From Chiloscyllium plagiosum (Eukaryota), in NCBI RefSeq assembly GCF_004010195.1, contig NC_057718.1, positions 72,803,187 through 72,825,614 on the forward strand: a stretch of 22,428 nucleotides of DNA, written 5' to 3'. Below, one piece after another: positions 11,336-21,620 of this stretch. A program made the translations under genes and the position numbers. The notes under the pieces were generated by a model. That model did not search any database. It was not told the DNA's origin and saw only the letters and a list, made by a program, of their open reading frames with translations. Numbering within the stretch: position 1 is the first letter of the stretch; each line of letters begins with the position of its first letter.

Positions 11336-11858
11336 TAGCATAAAAAAAAGTTTAATTCAAGTATGCTATAATCTTTTATTATTCTTAGCAAACAAAATAC
11401 TTTAGTGTCCTGGAATCCTTTCCAGGAATCCAACTTTTTGTTTAAATGCATGAAAACAGCTAGTGCTAATCCTTTCTCTTCAATTTCAACAGCCATATTC
11501 AAAACAAAATAAGTAGGTTCAAAATGCCAAAAACAGAATTAAACTAAAAGCTGTTCCCAGTAAAATCATTTAATTGTATGCAATGTGCAGCATCAAAATC
11601 AGATCAAAGAAACAAGGCAGGGAACTGGACATTAGCCAGTGTGGGAAACAAACTGTTCTTTATTTGATCAAACCTGGTTTTGAAACTCAGGAATTATCAT
11701 GCAAGTTAGAAACTGCATAAGTCTATAGTACATAATTGTCCACAATGTAATATTAATTAACTTCTATCAGGAATACCAATAGGTCTGGCTATGCATAATA
11801 TTCACAGCAACCCTAAGACTTGGCCTAGGCCTAGCATGCAATGTCAGAATCGTAGAAC

Positions 11859-12175
11859 GATTAGATTAGATTCCCTATAGTGTGGAAACAGGACCTTCGG
11901 CCCAACAAGTCCACACTGACCCTCTGAAGAGTAACCACCTCCCCACATTTACCCCAACTAATGCATCTAACACTATTTAGCATGGCCAATTCACCTGACT
12001 TGCACATCTTTTTTGGACTGTGGGAGGAAACCGGAGCACCTGGAGGAAACCCACGCAGACACAGGGAGAATGTGCAAACTTCACAGAGACAAACAATCGC
12101 CAGAGGCTGGAATCAAACCAAGGTTCCTGGCACTGTGAGGCAGCAGTGCTAACTACTGAGCCACCGTGCCATCCC
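11859..12175 (-). mobile_element. HE1-type SINE
   Basis: Reverse complement matches the SINE at 1392-1709; (ATTAG)n at the left end. Confidence 0.9.
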
Positions 12176-12829
12176 AAAAAATACTTTAAATGTAACTTTT
12201 GTATAAACGTACACAAAAGAAGCTTTCCTATTCACTCATACTTACTGCCTCTACCCTAAATGAGCAATAAAAACAGCTATTATATCATTGTTCTGAAATA
12301 GTTTTGAAAAGTTTAAAGCACATTTTTTAGCAACCTGCGTACTTGGGAATGAACTTCAAACTTGTAAGAAAAGGGAAAGAAAATCTCTTGTAATTTTACT
12401 TAGTGAGTTGGAGTACAGTCAATGAAGATCAGCTATGTAAGACAGGAAGTGGTAGGCTGAAGAGTTGCTGTCCCCTTTCCAATTAAACAGTGCAAACTAC
12501 CCCCAGAGTTTGTACCATGCAATAAAAATGACTTTTTTTTTAGTTTTTGCTTTAAAAATGTTCAGATATTAATATTAGACAACATGATGAACAATAAGCA
12601 TCGTTGTATTAAAGTTTCTACCGAGATCAATAAATACAGAATGCCAAGGGTCACTCTTTATGGAACAGCTTTGCTCCTTAAAAAATCATCAGTACATAAT
12701 GAGTCAACTGCCTATCGAACCAGAGAGCACATATCATCTGAAAGGGGCTCTCACAAAGAAATCTCTCAGATGGCATCATCTATCAATGGTACCTTTTCTA
12801 GTAAAAGTAGTAAAAAGTAAGACGACAAC

Positions 12830-13196
12830 CCTGGGAGAAGACAGCAGAATCGGAGGGACGGAAAGAAGCAACAGATTCTGAAGACCAGAAGGAAGACAGC
12901 ATAACAGACTGTATGGACTCAGATTAAGCTGATATAATGTTTAATAATTGTTATTGGAGCAGCATATTATAGAGTTGGGGTCAGATAGTGATTAGTTAAT
13001 AAAAAGTAGACTTGGATTTGTTAATAGTTTCTGTTTAGTGTTCACTGTTAGAGTTCAGAAAATGAATTTTTTTCTTTAAATAGTGGAAATCGGGGGTTTT
13101 CTCTCACTCACACATTTAGCAAATTACGAGGCGGGATGAGCTTTACTAACTGTTTTGTTTTAATTAGCAGAGGAGTTCAACCTCAGCATTGTAATA
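12830..13196 (+). mobile_element. LTR 3' portion (family A); 5' boundary not determined
   Basis: Shares tgtttagtgttcac...tagtggaa...tcactcacac...attacgaggcg...taattag with the copies at 17563 (minus) and 19262-19666; ends gtaata. Confidence 0.6.
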
Positions 13197-13271
13197 ATAG
13201 CACTGTTAATGATCCCTTCCAATGCTTTTCTGATACTTGATAAGAGACTGATGGGATAGTAATTGTCTGGG

Positions 13272-13692
13272 TTAGATAAAATGAGGTGGTGCATGGATAG
13301 GATAAATAGATAAGGTCTTTACCTTTTTTTTGTGGGGGTTGATGGAAGAGGGGAAGGGGAAACGTCCAGAATTAGGGCAGTTCTGGGGATAAACCAGTTC
13401 AGGGTGAGAGGGTAAGATATAAAATGGACCTAAGGGCCAACCTTTTTCACACAGAGGGTGGTGTGTGTATGGAATGAGCTGCCAGAGGAAGTGGTGGAGG
13501 CTGGTACAAATACAGCATTTAAAAGGCTGGGTATATGAATACAGCATTTAAAAGATGGGTATATGAATAGGAAGGGTTTAGAGGGATATAGGCCAAGTGT
13601 GAGCAAATGGGACTAGCTTAGGTTAGGATATCTGGTCAGGATGCACAAGTTGGACGAAAGGGTATGTTTCATGCTGTACATCTCTATGACTA
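13272..13692 (+). mobile_element. CR1 3' end fragment
   Basis: ttttcacacagagggtggtg..tggaatgagctgccagaggaagtggtggaggctgg; tail tgctgtacatctctatgact; small internal tandem duplication at about 13509-13565. Confidence 0.9.
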
Positions 13693-13993
13693 TTAAAAAA
13701 GTAATTTTTTTCCTAAGTAGCATATTACTTGTCAGACCACTTACAGGTTAGTGTAAATATAGATATCACTATAATTGCAACATTATTAGTTTGAATAGAG
13801 TGTTTATGGAAGAAGGTTTTCACTTTCACAGCTCCAGTTTTGAAATTCAAAAGTCAATATCTTTGAAAATGCAGCAGCCTTTTAGAAAATTGTATTATTA
13901 AAGGTGCTATAAGAAATTTAAAAATGCTGTAAATATCTTCATCTTTACAGTTTATTTAAATGGATTTTTTAAAAGTCCCATTATTGAAATTAC

Positions 13994-14131
13994 CTTGTTA
14001 AGTTTACCCAGCGCTGATATTAGATCTGCCCATTCACTGGAATACTCGAAGCTTTTTAGTGCTTTATCCACCGCAGCTACATAATTTCTGTATTTGGAAT
14101 CGCCCAGTAACTCCAGTTCCTCTGTGTTCAT
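13994..14131 (-). CDS. DOP1A: First coding exon of DOP1A (DOPEY1, Dopey family trafficking protein), residues 1-46
   Basis: Minus strand reads [46 protein letters not shown] (138 nt), nearly identical to the vertebrate DOP1A N-terminus as I recall it (DOP1B starts MDPEEQELL). ATG has A at -3 (GGAGGATG). Phase-0 donor AAG|GTAATT directly follows. Confidence 0.95.
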
Positions 14132-14200
14132 CCTCCTTAAACATGCACTTGATGGCCAATTCCAAATTCAAAGACCTGGAACTGTTAAATGGAAAATGTT
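14132..14200 (-). other. DOP1A: 5'UTR part of the DOP1A exon and its splice acceptor region
   Basis: Minus strand: aacattttccatttaacAG ttccAG gtctttg...aggaggATG. Pyrimidine tract followed by two CAG acceptors, giving exon start at 14181 or 14175. Confidence 0.7.
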
Positions 14201-14579
14201 ACAGTCTTAAATAAGAAATAACTTAAGGCGTTATTTTCCCCAAAACTCTATAATTAGTTTGCAAACTCCCAATAAAGTTAAAAATTGCATAAACCTGTTG
14301 TATAAAATTGGTCACAATGTGATATAAATAAGCTTCTATCAGAAATACCAACAGTCAAGGCAGCTTATCTAAATATATGCATCATTCTCAATAAAACAGA
14401 GCATCTACAAGACACAAATAGAGGTAAATGGATATGATCTAATGATTACAGAAACTTAGGCTGCATAATGACCATGACTGGAAACTGATTATTAAAGGAT
14501 ATTCAAAATTTAAGAAAGACAAAGGTTAAAGTAGATGGAACTGCGTCCATAAGGATCAGGTCAGTGAAAAGTCAACATT

Positions 14580-14922
14580 GTCCCAGAAGGCTGCCCTCTC
14601 ATTAGAGAGAAACAACTGGTGGTGAGTTTAACCTGAGGGTTTACATGCCTCAGGCAGGGCTTTCCTGTGGCTCAGTGGTAGTGTGCCCAACCCTTGACTG
14701 AGAGAACCAGGTTCAAGTCCCACCTGCTCCAGTGGTATGTAATAACATCTCTAAACAGGTTGATTAGAAAAGTAGGTTAAAGAAAAATAAAGTGACTCAG
14801 GCAAGGAGCAAGGTTGTAACACAGAACCTTCACAGTGACACCAATAGCCAGTAACAGAAATCGAACCTGCGCTTTCAGCGGCACTTGACATCGCAATCAG
14901 CCTTCCAGCCAAATGACTACCA
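14580..14922 (-). mobile_element. Old tRNA-derived SINE (family not assigned), interrupted at 14657-14795
   Basis: Minus strand box A-like tagtcatttgg, box B-like ggttcgatttc, and a cctgagg...cctcagg hairpin in the body. Confidence 0.55.
14657..14795 (+). mobile_element. Short tRNA-derived SINE with 8-bp TSD
   Basis: Box A tggctcagtgg, box B ggttcaagtcc, A-rich tail; CTCAGGCA at 14649-14656 and 14796-14803. Confidence 0.75.
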
Positions 14923-15002
14923 ATCAGATCAGTACATTAAAAAGGCAGGATCATAGATCCGAATAACAAGTGGAATGTGTTCAGTTGGAATTAAAGAAAC
15001 AG

Positions 15003-15094
15003 AGTTGAAAGGTGTGGCGCTGGAAATGATTCCTGATGACAGGCTTACGCCCAAAACGTCAACTCTCCTGCCACAATTTTCAATTCTGATCTCC
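15003..15094. mobile_element. Internally deleted palindromic Penelope-derived element
   Basis: Inverted ends gttgaaaggtgtggc / gccacaattttcaat; CTGATGA at 15033-15039 then cccaaaacgtc; flanking near-repeat ggaattaaagaaacag / ggaactaagaaacag. Confidence 0.65.
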
Positions 15095-15564
15095 TGGAAC
15101 TAAGAAACAGCAAGGGGCAGCAGATATTGGTTGGAGTTTATAACATAACCAAATAGTAATGATGCATGTGGCATGGTATTAATCAGGAGCTGAGGGAAGT
15201 AGTAATCATGGATATAATCTGCATATAAACTGGGTAAAACAATTGAGTGCTAAAGCTATGGAGGAGGGTTTTTTTATATAGTGTGTTGGGCATGGTTTTC
15301 TAGACCAATATATTAAGGAGTTTACTAGAGAACAAGCTATTTTTAGATTTGGTACTTTGTAATAAAAAGGGCTAAATTAATAATCTTGCTGCAAAATAAC
15401 TTTAAGGGATGAGTGACCACATTATGATAGAATCTTGTTTGATGTAACTGGTTGAGGTGGAATGGGAAGATGCATTCCTACAGAGGTAATCTTTAAAACA
15501 ACTATAACATAGCTTTCAGAAACTATACATTCCATCAAGGTCCAAAAACTTAGACTGTAGCCAA

Positions 15565-15887
15565 AGATTAGATTAGATTACTTATTTAGTGTGGAAACAG
15601 GCCCTTCGGCTCAACAAGTCCACACCGACCCTCCAAAGAGCAACCCACCCAGACCCATTCCCCTACATTTACCCTTTTACCTCACACTACGGGCAATGTT
15701 TTGCATGGCCAATTCACCTAACCTGCACATTTTTGGACTGTGGGAGGAAACTGGAGCACCCGGAGGAAACCCACGCAGACACGGGGGAGAATGTGCAAAC
15801 TCCACACAGTTGCCTGAGGTAGGAATTGAACCCAGGTCTCTGGCGCTGTGAGGCAGCTGTGCTAACCACTATGCCACCGTGCTGCCC
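15565..15887 (-). mobile_element. HE1-type SINE, full length
   Basis: Reverse complement matches the SINE at 1392-1709 from gggcagcacggtggcatagtgg to the (CTAAT)n tail. Confidence 0.9.
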
Positions 15888-16446
15888 ATAAAGGAAGTTC
15901 AGAATTAGACAAAATTAAAGAAAAGATTTTTAAAGTGTCCAAATAGTGTACTAAAATTGAGGACTGACAGGTTTTTCTTAAAAGAGCATACAGCAAAGGG
16001 GAATCAAAAAAACTGACAAAGGAAGGTTAGATATGAATACGCTATTTAGCAAACAACAACAATGGACTGTAGAAGTTTCTATACGTTAAGCTGAACATGC
16101 AGCCTTATTACAGGCAGAGTCAGAATTTAGTTTGGGGTATAGAGAAATGGCAGAGATGGTAATTGATTCCCTTATGTTTGTTGTCACTGAGTAGATATGA
16201 GAATTCTCCTAGAATTTCTTTAAATTATGTATTCAAACATTCTTGACATTGGGTAGTTAGTACTTAACGCTATTTCAAAACTAACATTTGGTCATGTCTG
16301 AATGCTGAGCCAGTTCCACTAAATGGCTGAGCTTCACTGTCCTTTTTCTGTGATGACAAAGTATAATCAACTGGGATCCGAATAACCCTCCTCAATCAGA
16401 TTGATGATTTAGTTATTCCCAGAACTACTTTGCTTAATAGCTAATA

Positions 16447-16766
16447 TAGGCAGACAACCCTTTATCCGAAATCCAAAAAGCTCCAAAGTCCAAAGGTTTT
16501 TGTGAATTTTCTTTCTCATTAACAAGGTTGTTTGGCATGCAAACAGTTAACCCAAGTCCACACCCACTCGATGCGTGTCACTCAGTTGCGACATGTGGGG
16601 GCACGGCCCAGCACTAACAGGCCTCAATTTTGTTGCAGGGGCCATTTTACTCAAAGTCTGTTCTTTGGAAAGACTTTAAAAAATGTTACCATTAAGCTGC
16701 TGCTTTTTCTGAAATTTGAAAAATTCTGAAAACTAGCTGGTCCCGAGCATGTCGGATGTGCACCTG
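16447..16766. mobile_element. Tigger/pogo-like MITE
   Basis: TA at 16445-16446 and 16767-16768; degenerate terminal inverted repeats taggcagacaaccctttatccga / tcggatgtgcacctg. Confidence 0.55.
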
Positions 16767-18025
16767 TATATTTTGAAAATTTCACAAGGCTTACTCTCAA
16801 TTTTAAGTTTAATTGTAGTCTGATTAATAACATGTATATTTTCATTTATGATATTAAGACAAGATTGGAGGATCTGCTTTTCATTGAGCATAACATATTT
16901 TCAGCAAAGCAACTCTCACCAAAAGAATACGCTGCTCTGGAAACATTCATTGTATGCTACAGTTAGATCTGGAATTCAATAAGTGAAATTACGTCAGGGC
17001 TGAAGTGAAAAGCACCTAAAAAGGTGCATTGCAGAACAACAGGACAGGAATGTGGGAGTGTGACTCAATTGTACTTGCAATGAACTGGCATGCAATTATT
17101 GGCAAATGCCACCCTTATGTGGTGTAGCTAATCTGTGATCCTAAGTTTTGTTCAGTTTCCATAATTGTTTTGTACATCTGATTTTTTTTTTTAAAATGAT
17201 TTCATAAGTTTTTCTAACATATATTTCCTTTCAAAATTGTAGCTTTCATACTGCTCGATCTACACTTCCATGAATGTGGCCAAAAGAGCAGTAAGATTTT
17301 CAAGGTTACTTTTTCAGCTGTGAGATAGTCCATTTGTAATGTCTGAATCATCCATTTATTCTTTACAAATCCTAGCAATCCTGAACAGTCTTTTTCAGTT
17401 CAGTTTCACCCATATGATGAAATTGGTTGGCCTTTACCTGGTACCTCAGTATAAACACCAAATTATCTCCAACTATCAAACTCCCTTTGTTTGTTTCCCA
17501 CAAGGGCCTCAAAAGGTAGTAATTTCTGAACTATTTCCGGTGCCATGTGCTAGTGAGAGTAGTGTTACGACCCAGAGGTGAACCCTTTTCTAAATTAAAC
17601 CAAGCACCCAGAAAAGCCCACCTCGCCTCGTAATCTGTTAAAGTGTGAGTGACAGAGAGCTCCCAAATTCCACTATTTACAGAAAATAATTTTTAAAAAA
17701 CTCTAAAAGTGAACATTAAACAACTATTCACAACTCTAACCCCCTTTCTCTTAACTGATTATCTGCCTCCAACTCTCTAACAATATGCTGTTCCAATAAA
17801 ACACTTATTAAAATTACATCAACTTAATTTCAAAACCACACAGCTGCTGTTGTCTTCTGTGCCAATCTTCTTCTGACTGAGGATCTCCCTGGATTGTCTT
17901 TTTTTTTTTACTGTGAGTATGTTTCATATGAAAAAGTACCTTTGATTGAGAGTGTTTCCTAAGTTCTTGACAGCAAGACGTTAGCTCACCAGGTGTTTCT
18001 GTCTTGATGGCAGTTGCTCTCTTGC

Positions 18026-18551
18026 TGTTCCGTTTCCCTATCCCCATGTCAGTCAAAGCAAACACTCAGACACAGTATGGCTTTACCTCCTTCATCTTTA
18101 TTCAGGACCCTGGAGTGAGAGAGAACAATCACCCATGCGCACAGAGACATGAGTTCTCAATCATCTCTCGAACAGATTCTTAATGAATTACATAGTCACT
18201 TACAGGGAGCAGCATCCAAATAAGGCAATCATTACCATTACAATCAGCAAGCATCAAGCCATCTGGCATTATAGCTGGTTAACTGACTTTGCATAGAGAT
18301 GTACAGCATGGAAACAGACCTTTCGGTCCAACCCGTCCATGCCGACCAGATTTCCCAACCCAATCTAGTCCCACCTACCTTTAAATGGCTTTACATAAGG
18401 AATGTTTTTTCACCGAGTCAACCCACTACCCTGACCTCCAGCACCTCATTGTTTACTGCAAGTTCTTATCTGATCCACGTCATGCTAGCTGAGCCTTTGT
18501 CCCACACAACCCAAAACTTAACTCTTTCCTTATCTGTTCATACCTTATACA
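18026..18551 (-). mobile_element. Solo LTR (family B) nested in LTR A
   Basis: TGT...ACA termini, flanks CTTGC / CTTTC (5-bp TSD, one mismatch), minus-strand AATAAA at 18097-18102. Confidence 0.6.
18292..18376 (-). mobile_element. Short CR1 3' tail nested in LTR B
   Basis: Reverse complement tgggactagattggg...ggaccgaaaggtctgtttccatgctgtacatctctatg matches the CR1 end at 13610-13690. Confidence 0.85.
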
Positions 18552-19261
18552 CTTTCTCACTCTGACCAATTTTCAAAATGTCCGCATTTTATATCCCTGC
18601 CAATATTGGATCATCTCATTGTTTTGCTAACATCAAACCAATAAGTTCAAACTTGATTGAGTTTTACTATTCTGGGGCAATATGTAAACTGATCAGTTAA
18701 ATTTGAATTGTTGTCAAAACAGCAACCAATACTCAGGTATCCATTTCACTGCGAAATGTTACATATTTTCAATTTTCAGTACACTCTGGGACTGCCATCT
18801 AATCATATATACGGGTGCTTGTAAATCAGTTCAGAACAGGACTCACTCTCTATCTCTTAAACTACAATACACACCTTCAACTTCATAACTATAGGGATAA
18901 GAGGATATGACTAATGAATACATGGCTGAAGAGTTAATGCAGGGATTTCTGGAACATTGGGATCTCTTCTGGGGCAGAAGTGACCTAGACAAGAGTAACA
19001 GGTTGTACCTGAACTGGAGGGCCAATATTGCTAGATCACTTTGATCAGATTGTACTATGGGCACACAGTAGTCAGTGGGAAATTCAGAATAATAGGGTTA
19101 TAATAGGGTGTGTCAGAGCAGGCTTGGAGGACCAAAGGGCCTGTCCTGTGCTGTAGGACTTCTAACTTTCCAAACAGAGACTAAGACTGCCATAGTGTTA
19201 AGGGCTTGGATGGGGAGGAATTTTTTAAAATGTGCCCAAAAAAACTTTCTCAATCAACATA

Positions 19262-19666
19262 GAAATCGAAGTGACTAGAGAAAATAAGATGAAGGAAATG
19301 AATATTAGCAAGAAGACTGAACAGCAGAAGACCGAAGACTACCCAGGGAGATGTACAAACAGAGGAAGATCAACACCAGAGACGACAGTCGCTGTTTGGT
19401 TTTGAAAATTGAATTGCTGTAAATTTAAAAGGGGCTTTATTGGATCAGTATATTGTCAATAACAAATCTTTAAGAGTAAGGAGGCTTAGAGTTATAAATA
19501 GTTGTTTAATGTTCATTATTAAGAGTTCAAGAACAAAATTATTTTTTTCTTTAAATGGCGGAATTTGGGTAGTTCTCCATCACTCATATCTTAATAGATT
19601 ACGAGGAGAGATGAGCTTTTCCATCTGTTTTGTTTAATTAGAAGGGTTTACAGCCATGTTATAACA
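19262..19666 (+). mobile_element. LTR 3' portion (family A)
   Basis: Homologous to 12830-13196 and to the reverse complement of 17563-17760; ends ATAACA. Confidence 0.65.
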
Positions 19667-19669
19667 TCT

Positions 19670-20545
19670 CAAAAAAATGCAGGAAAGGTAACTTTGAAAA
19701 TCTTTTCAACCATTTTAAGAACCTTTTCTTGGAAGTGTAACTATATAGATATGAAAACGTTGTTCCTTCAGGGTAACCTGTTCGAGAGGGAAATATTCTT
19801 ACAACCCCCAAATGAAACATCAATAGAGGAGAAGCTCTGGAAATTTCATAAATATGTTGATGGATTAAATTACTCTTCTTGGGTGTGGTGTTTTCAGTGA
19901 GGGCAGTTCCAGTCACAACTAGAAGCAGATGCATCAATGTTCTATTGGTATTATAATGGAAATTTCTAGGCATTTTTGTGTTAACTTTTATTGGACATAG
20001 GAAATAGGAATTAGGGGTCAGAGTAGGCAATGCAACCCTCCGAGCCCACTATGCCATTTAACATGATCATCACTGATCTTATCCTGATCTCAATTCCACT
20101 TTCCTGTCTGCTTCACATAGTCCTTTATCCCACTTTTCATTATAGGGGTCCCAAGATCAAAGAAAAAAAAACAAAAAAACTTAAGAAGAAATTCAAAATC
20201 GGTTTCAACCTTCTGGAACTTTCAAATTTGCAGGTTTGGAATTTAAGCAAGGTGAATCAAATGTAATTCTCCACCAATAGTCTTACTGGAAAATATCAGT
20301 TCAATTGCAGATCTGGACAGAAGGGTGAAGCTGATACCCAAGGTAGGGTGGAACAGCGAGAAGCCTCATTGGAATGGCTTAACTGATTCAGCACACAGTT
20401 CAGATCCAATTTTTATGAACTGAAATGTAGTTTGGTCAATGAAAATCCCAAAGATAGGGAATGTACGGATAGGAATAATATTGTGTAAAATGATAAACTA
20501 GAGAAATTAATGAAGTTCTCAGTTTTGGATGATCCCAACATTATA
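19670..20545 (+). pseudogene. Fossil Ty1/Copia-type reverse transcriptase (RVT_2-like), interrupted by a CR1 tail
   Basis: WKCNYIDMKTLFLQGNLFEREIFLQPP...KLWKFHKYVDGLN.SS..W matches the Copia D.K.AFL.G...PP...L.K..YGL...R.W pattern; later KLKKKFKIG, FKFAGLEFKQ...ILHQ*SY and RSLIG.LN*FSTQFR. Confidence 0.8.
19994..20140 (-). mobile_element. Old CR1 3'UTR fragment inside the Copia fossil
   Basis: acataggaaatagga...gagtaggc...ccctccgagccc...gccatttaacatgatcat is the reverse complement of a CR1-type tail. Confidence 0.7.
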
Positions 20546-20574
20546 AAAATCATCTTTAGTAAATAAAAACTTGA

Positions 20575-21210
20575 ACTGCTGGGGCACTACCAGGAGGGTT
20601 GCCAGAAGCCAAAAGGTCCAGGTTCAAGTCCCACCTACTCCAGAGATATATAATAACATCTTCAAAAAGGTTGCTGAGAAAATGTACAAGGTTCAAGTCC
20701 CACCTGCTCTCGAGGTATATTACAGCATGTCTGAACAGGTTGATTAAAACAAGCAGATTCCTAGGTCTCTTATGGTAGTCTCCCTCTGTCTGACCAGGAG
20801 ACCCGGGTTTAAATTCCACCTGCTCCAGAGGTATACAATAACATATCTAAGCAGGTTGATCAGAAAATACATTTTTTAAAAAAAAAGGGGAGTCCTTGAA
20901 TGGCTGATGTGCTACAGTAGTCAGTCATTCCCTGGTCTCTTGGCCAGAAGGTCTGGTTTCAAGTATGAGGCAGTGAGGTCTGCAGATGCTGGAGATCAGA
21001 GTTGAGAATGTGTTGCTGGAAAAGCACAGATCAGCAGCATCTGAGGAGCAGGAGAATCAACATTTTGGGCCCTGAGCCCTTCCTCAGGAATTCTTGAAGG
21101 ACTCCGGCCCAAAACGTCGATTTTCCTGCTCCTCGGCTGTTGCCTGACCTGCTGTGCTTTTCCAGCAACATACTCTAGTTTCAACTATCACCTGCTGTAG
21201 AGGTGTGCCT
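20575..21210 (+). repeat. Head-to-tail array of four short tRNA-SINE units
   Basis: Repeated ggttcaagtcccacct(g/a)ctc..gag.tat...aacat...aggttg near 20621, 20691 and 20806, plus a fourth unit near 20955 split by an insertion; same family as 14657-14795. Confidence 0.7.
20967..21177. mobile_element. Palindromic Penelope-derived mini-element (second family), both hammerhead cores decayed
   Basis: Inverted arms centred on GAATTC 21088-21093; TSD GTTTCAAGTAT 20956-20966 / GTTTCAACTAT 21178-21188; left extension gcagatgctggag. Confidence 0.8.
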
Positions 21211-21224
21211 GTAGAGATGTGTCT

Positions 21225-21606
21225 TCAGAATCCTTAAGGGGTAGGGTGTGCAGCCAGAAGTCGTGTGCACGTTGGCACCTATGACATAGGTGGGAAGAGG
21301 GGTGGGGAGGTCATTCAAGAGCTCAGGGAGTTAGGCTGGAAGCTAAAGGCTAGGACGGACAGAGTCGCCATCTCTGGGTTGTTGCCGGTGCCACGTGACA
21401 ATGAGGCAAGGAATAGGGAGAGAGTGCAGTTGAACACGTGGCTGCAAGGATGGTGTAGGAGGGAGGGCTTCAGGTATTTGGACAATTGGACTGCATTCTG
21501 GGGAAGGTGGGACCTGTACAAGCAGGACGGGTTGCACCTGAACCAGAAGGGCACCAATATCCTGGGAGGTAGGTTTGCTAGCACTCTTCGGGGGGTTTTA
21601 AACTAA
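21225..21606 (+). mobile_element. Young CR1 ORF1 C-terminal half (SGNH esterase-like domain), 5'-truncated
   Basis: HVGTYDIG...VAISGLLPVPR...LNTWLQGWCRREGFRYLDNW...DGLHLNQKGT...GVLN*. Confidence 0.92.
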
Positions 21607-21620
21607 TTTGGCAGGTGGAA

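Larger units (their letters stand above)
14360..15440 (+). mobile_element. Old CR1 endonuclease fragment carrying several insertions
   Basis: YLN..SI.NK, GYDLMITET, later FL.QY..E.TREQA..DLVLCN and SDH.MIE. Confidence 0.7.
17563..18890 (-). mobile_element. Solo LTR (family A), about 800 bp after removing the nested insert
   Basis: Termini TGTTAC (17563) and ATAACT (18890, last base mutated); flanks GTAG / ATAG (4-bp TSD, one mismatch); minus-strand TATAAAA near 18587-18593. Confidence 0.7.
17500..19035 (+). mobile_element. CR1 ORF1 (SGNH) fragment split by a solo LTR
   Basis: KVVISELFPVPCASES at 17510-17562 resumes after 18890 as MNTWLK...FLEHWDLFWGRSDL..., colinear with ORF1 at 21265-21606. 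Confidence 0.8.

Noticed and set aside
11408..11427. Hairpin TCCTGGAA-tcct-TTCCAGGA
   Set aside because: An isolated 8-bp stem can arise by chance in 22 kb and has no supporting context.
12584..12881. Two overlapping 73-78 aa ORFs
   Set aside because: No recognisable motif, not DOP1A exon 3 on either strand, and they run into LTR-like sequence.
14132..14139. TAAGGAGG directly before the DOP1A ATG looks like a Shine-Dalgarno site
   Set aside because: Spliced eukaryotic gene and no spacer; coincidence.
20620..20870. Spaced repeats superficially like a CRISPR array
   Set aside because: Units are diverged SINE copies with homologous intervening sequence in vertebrate DNA.
21061..21125. Hammerhead cores of the 20967 palindrome as active ribozymes
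   Set aside because: Both read AAAA in place of GAAA and the right arm has lost part of CTGATGA.
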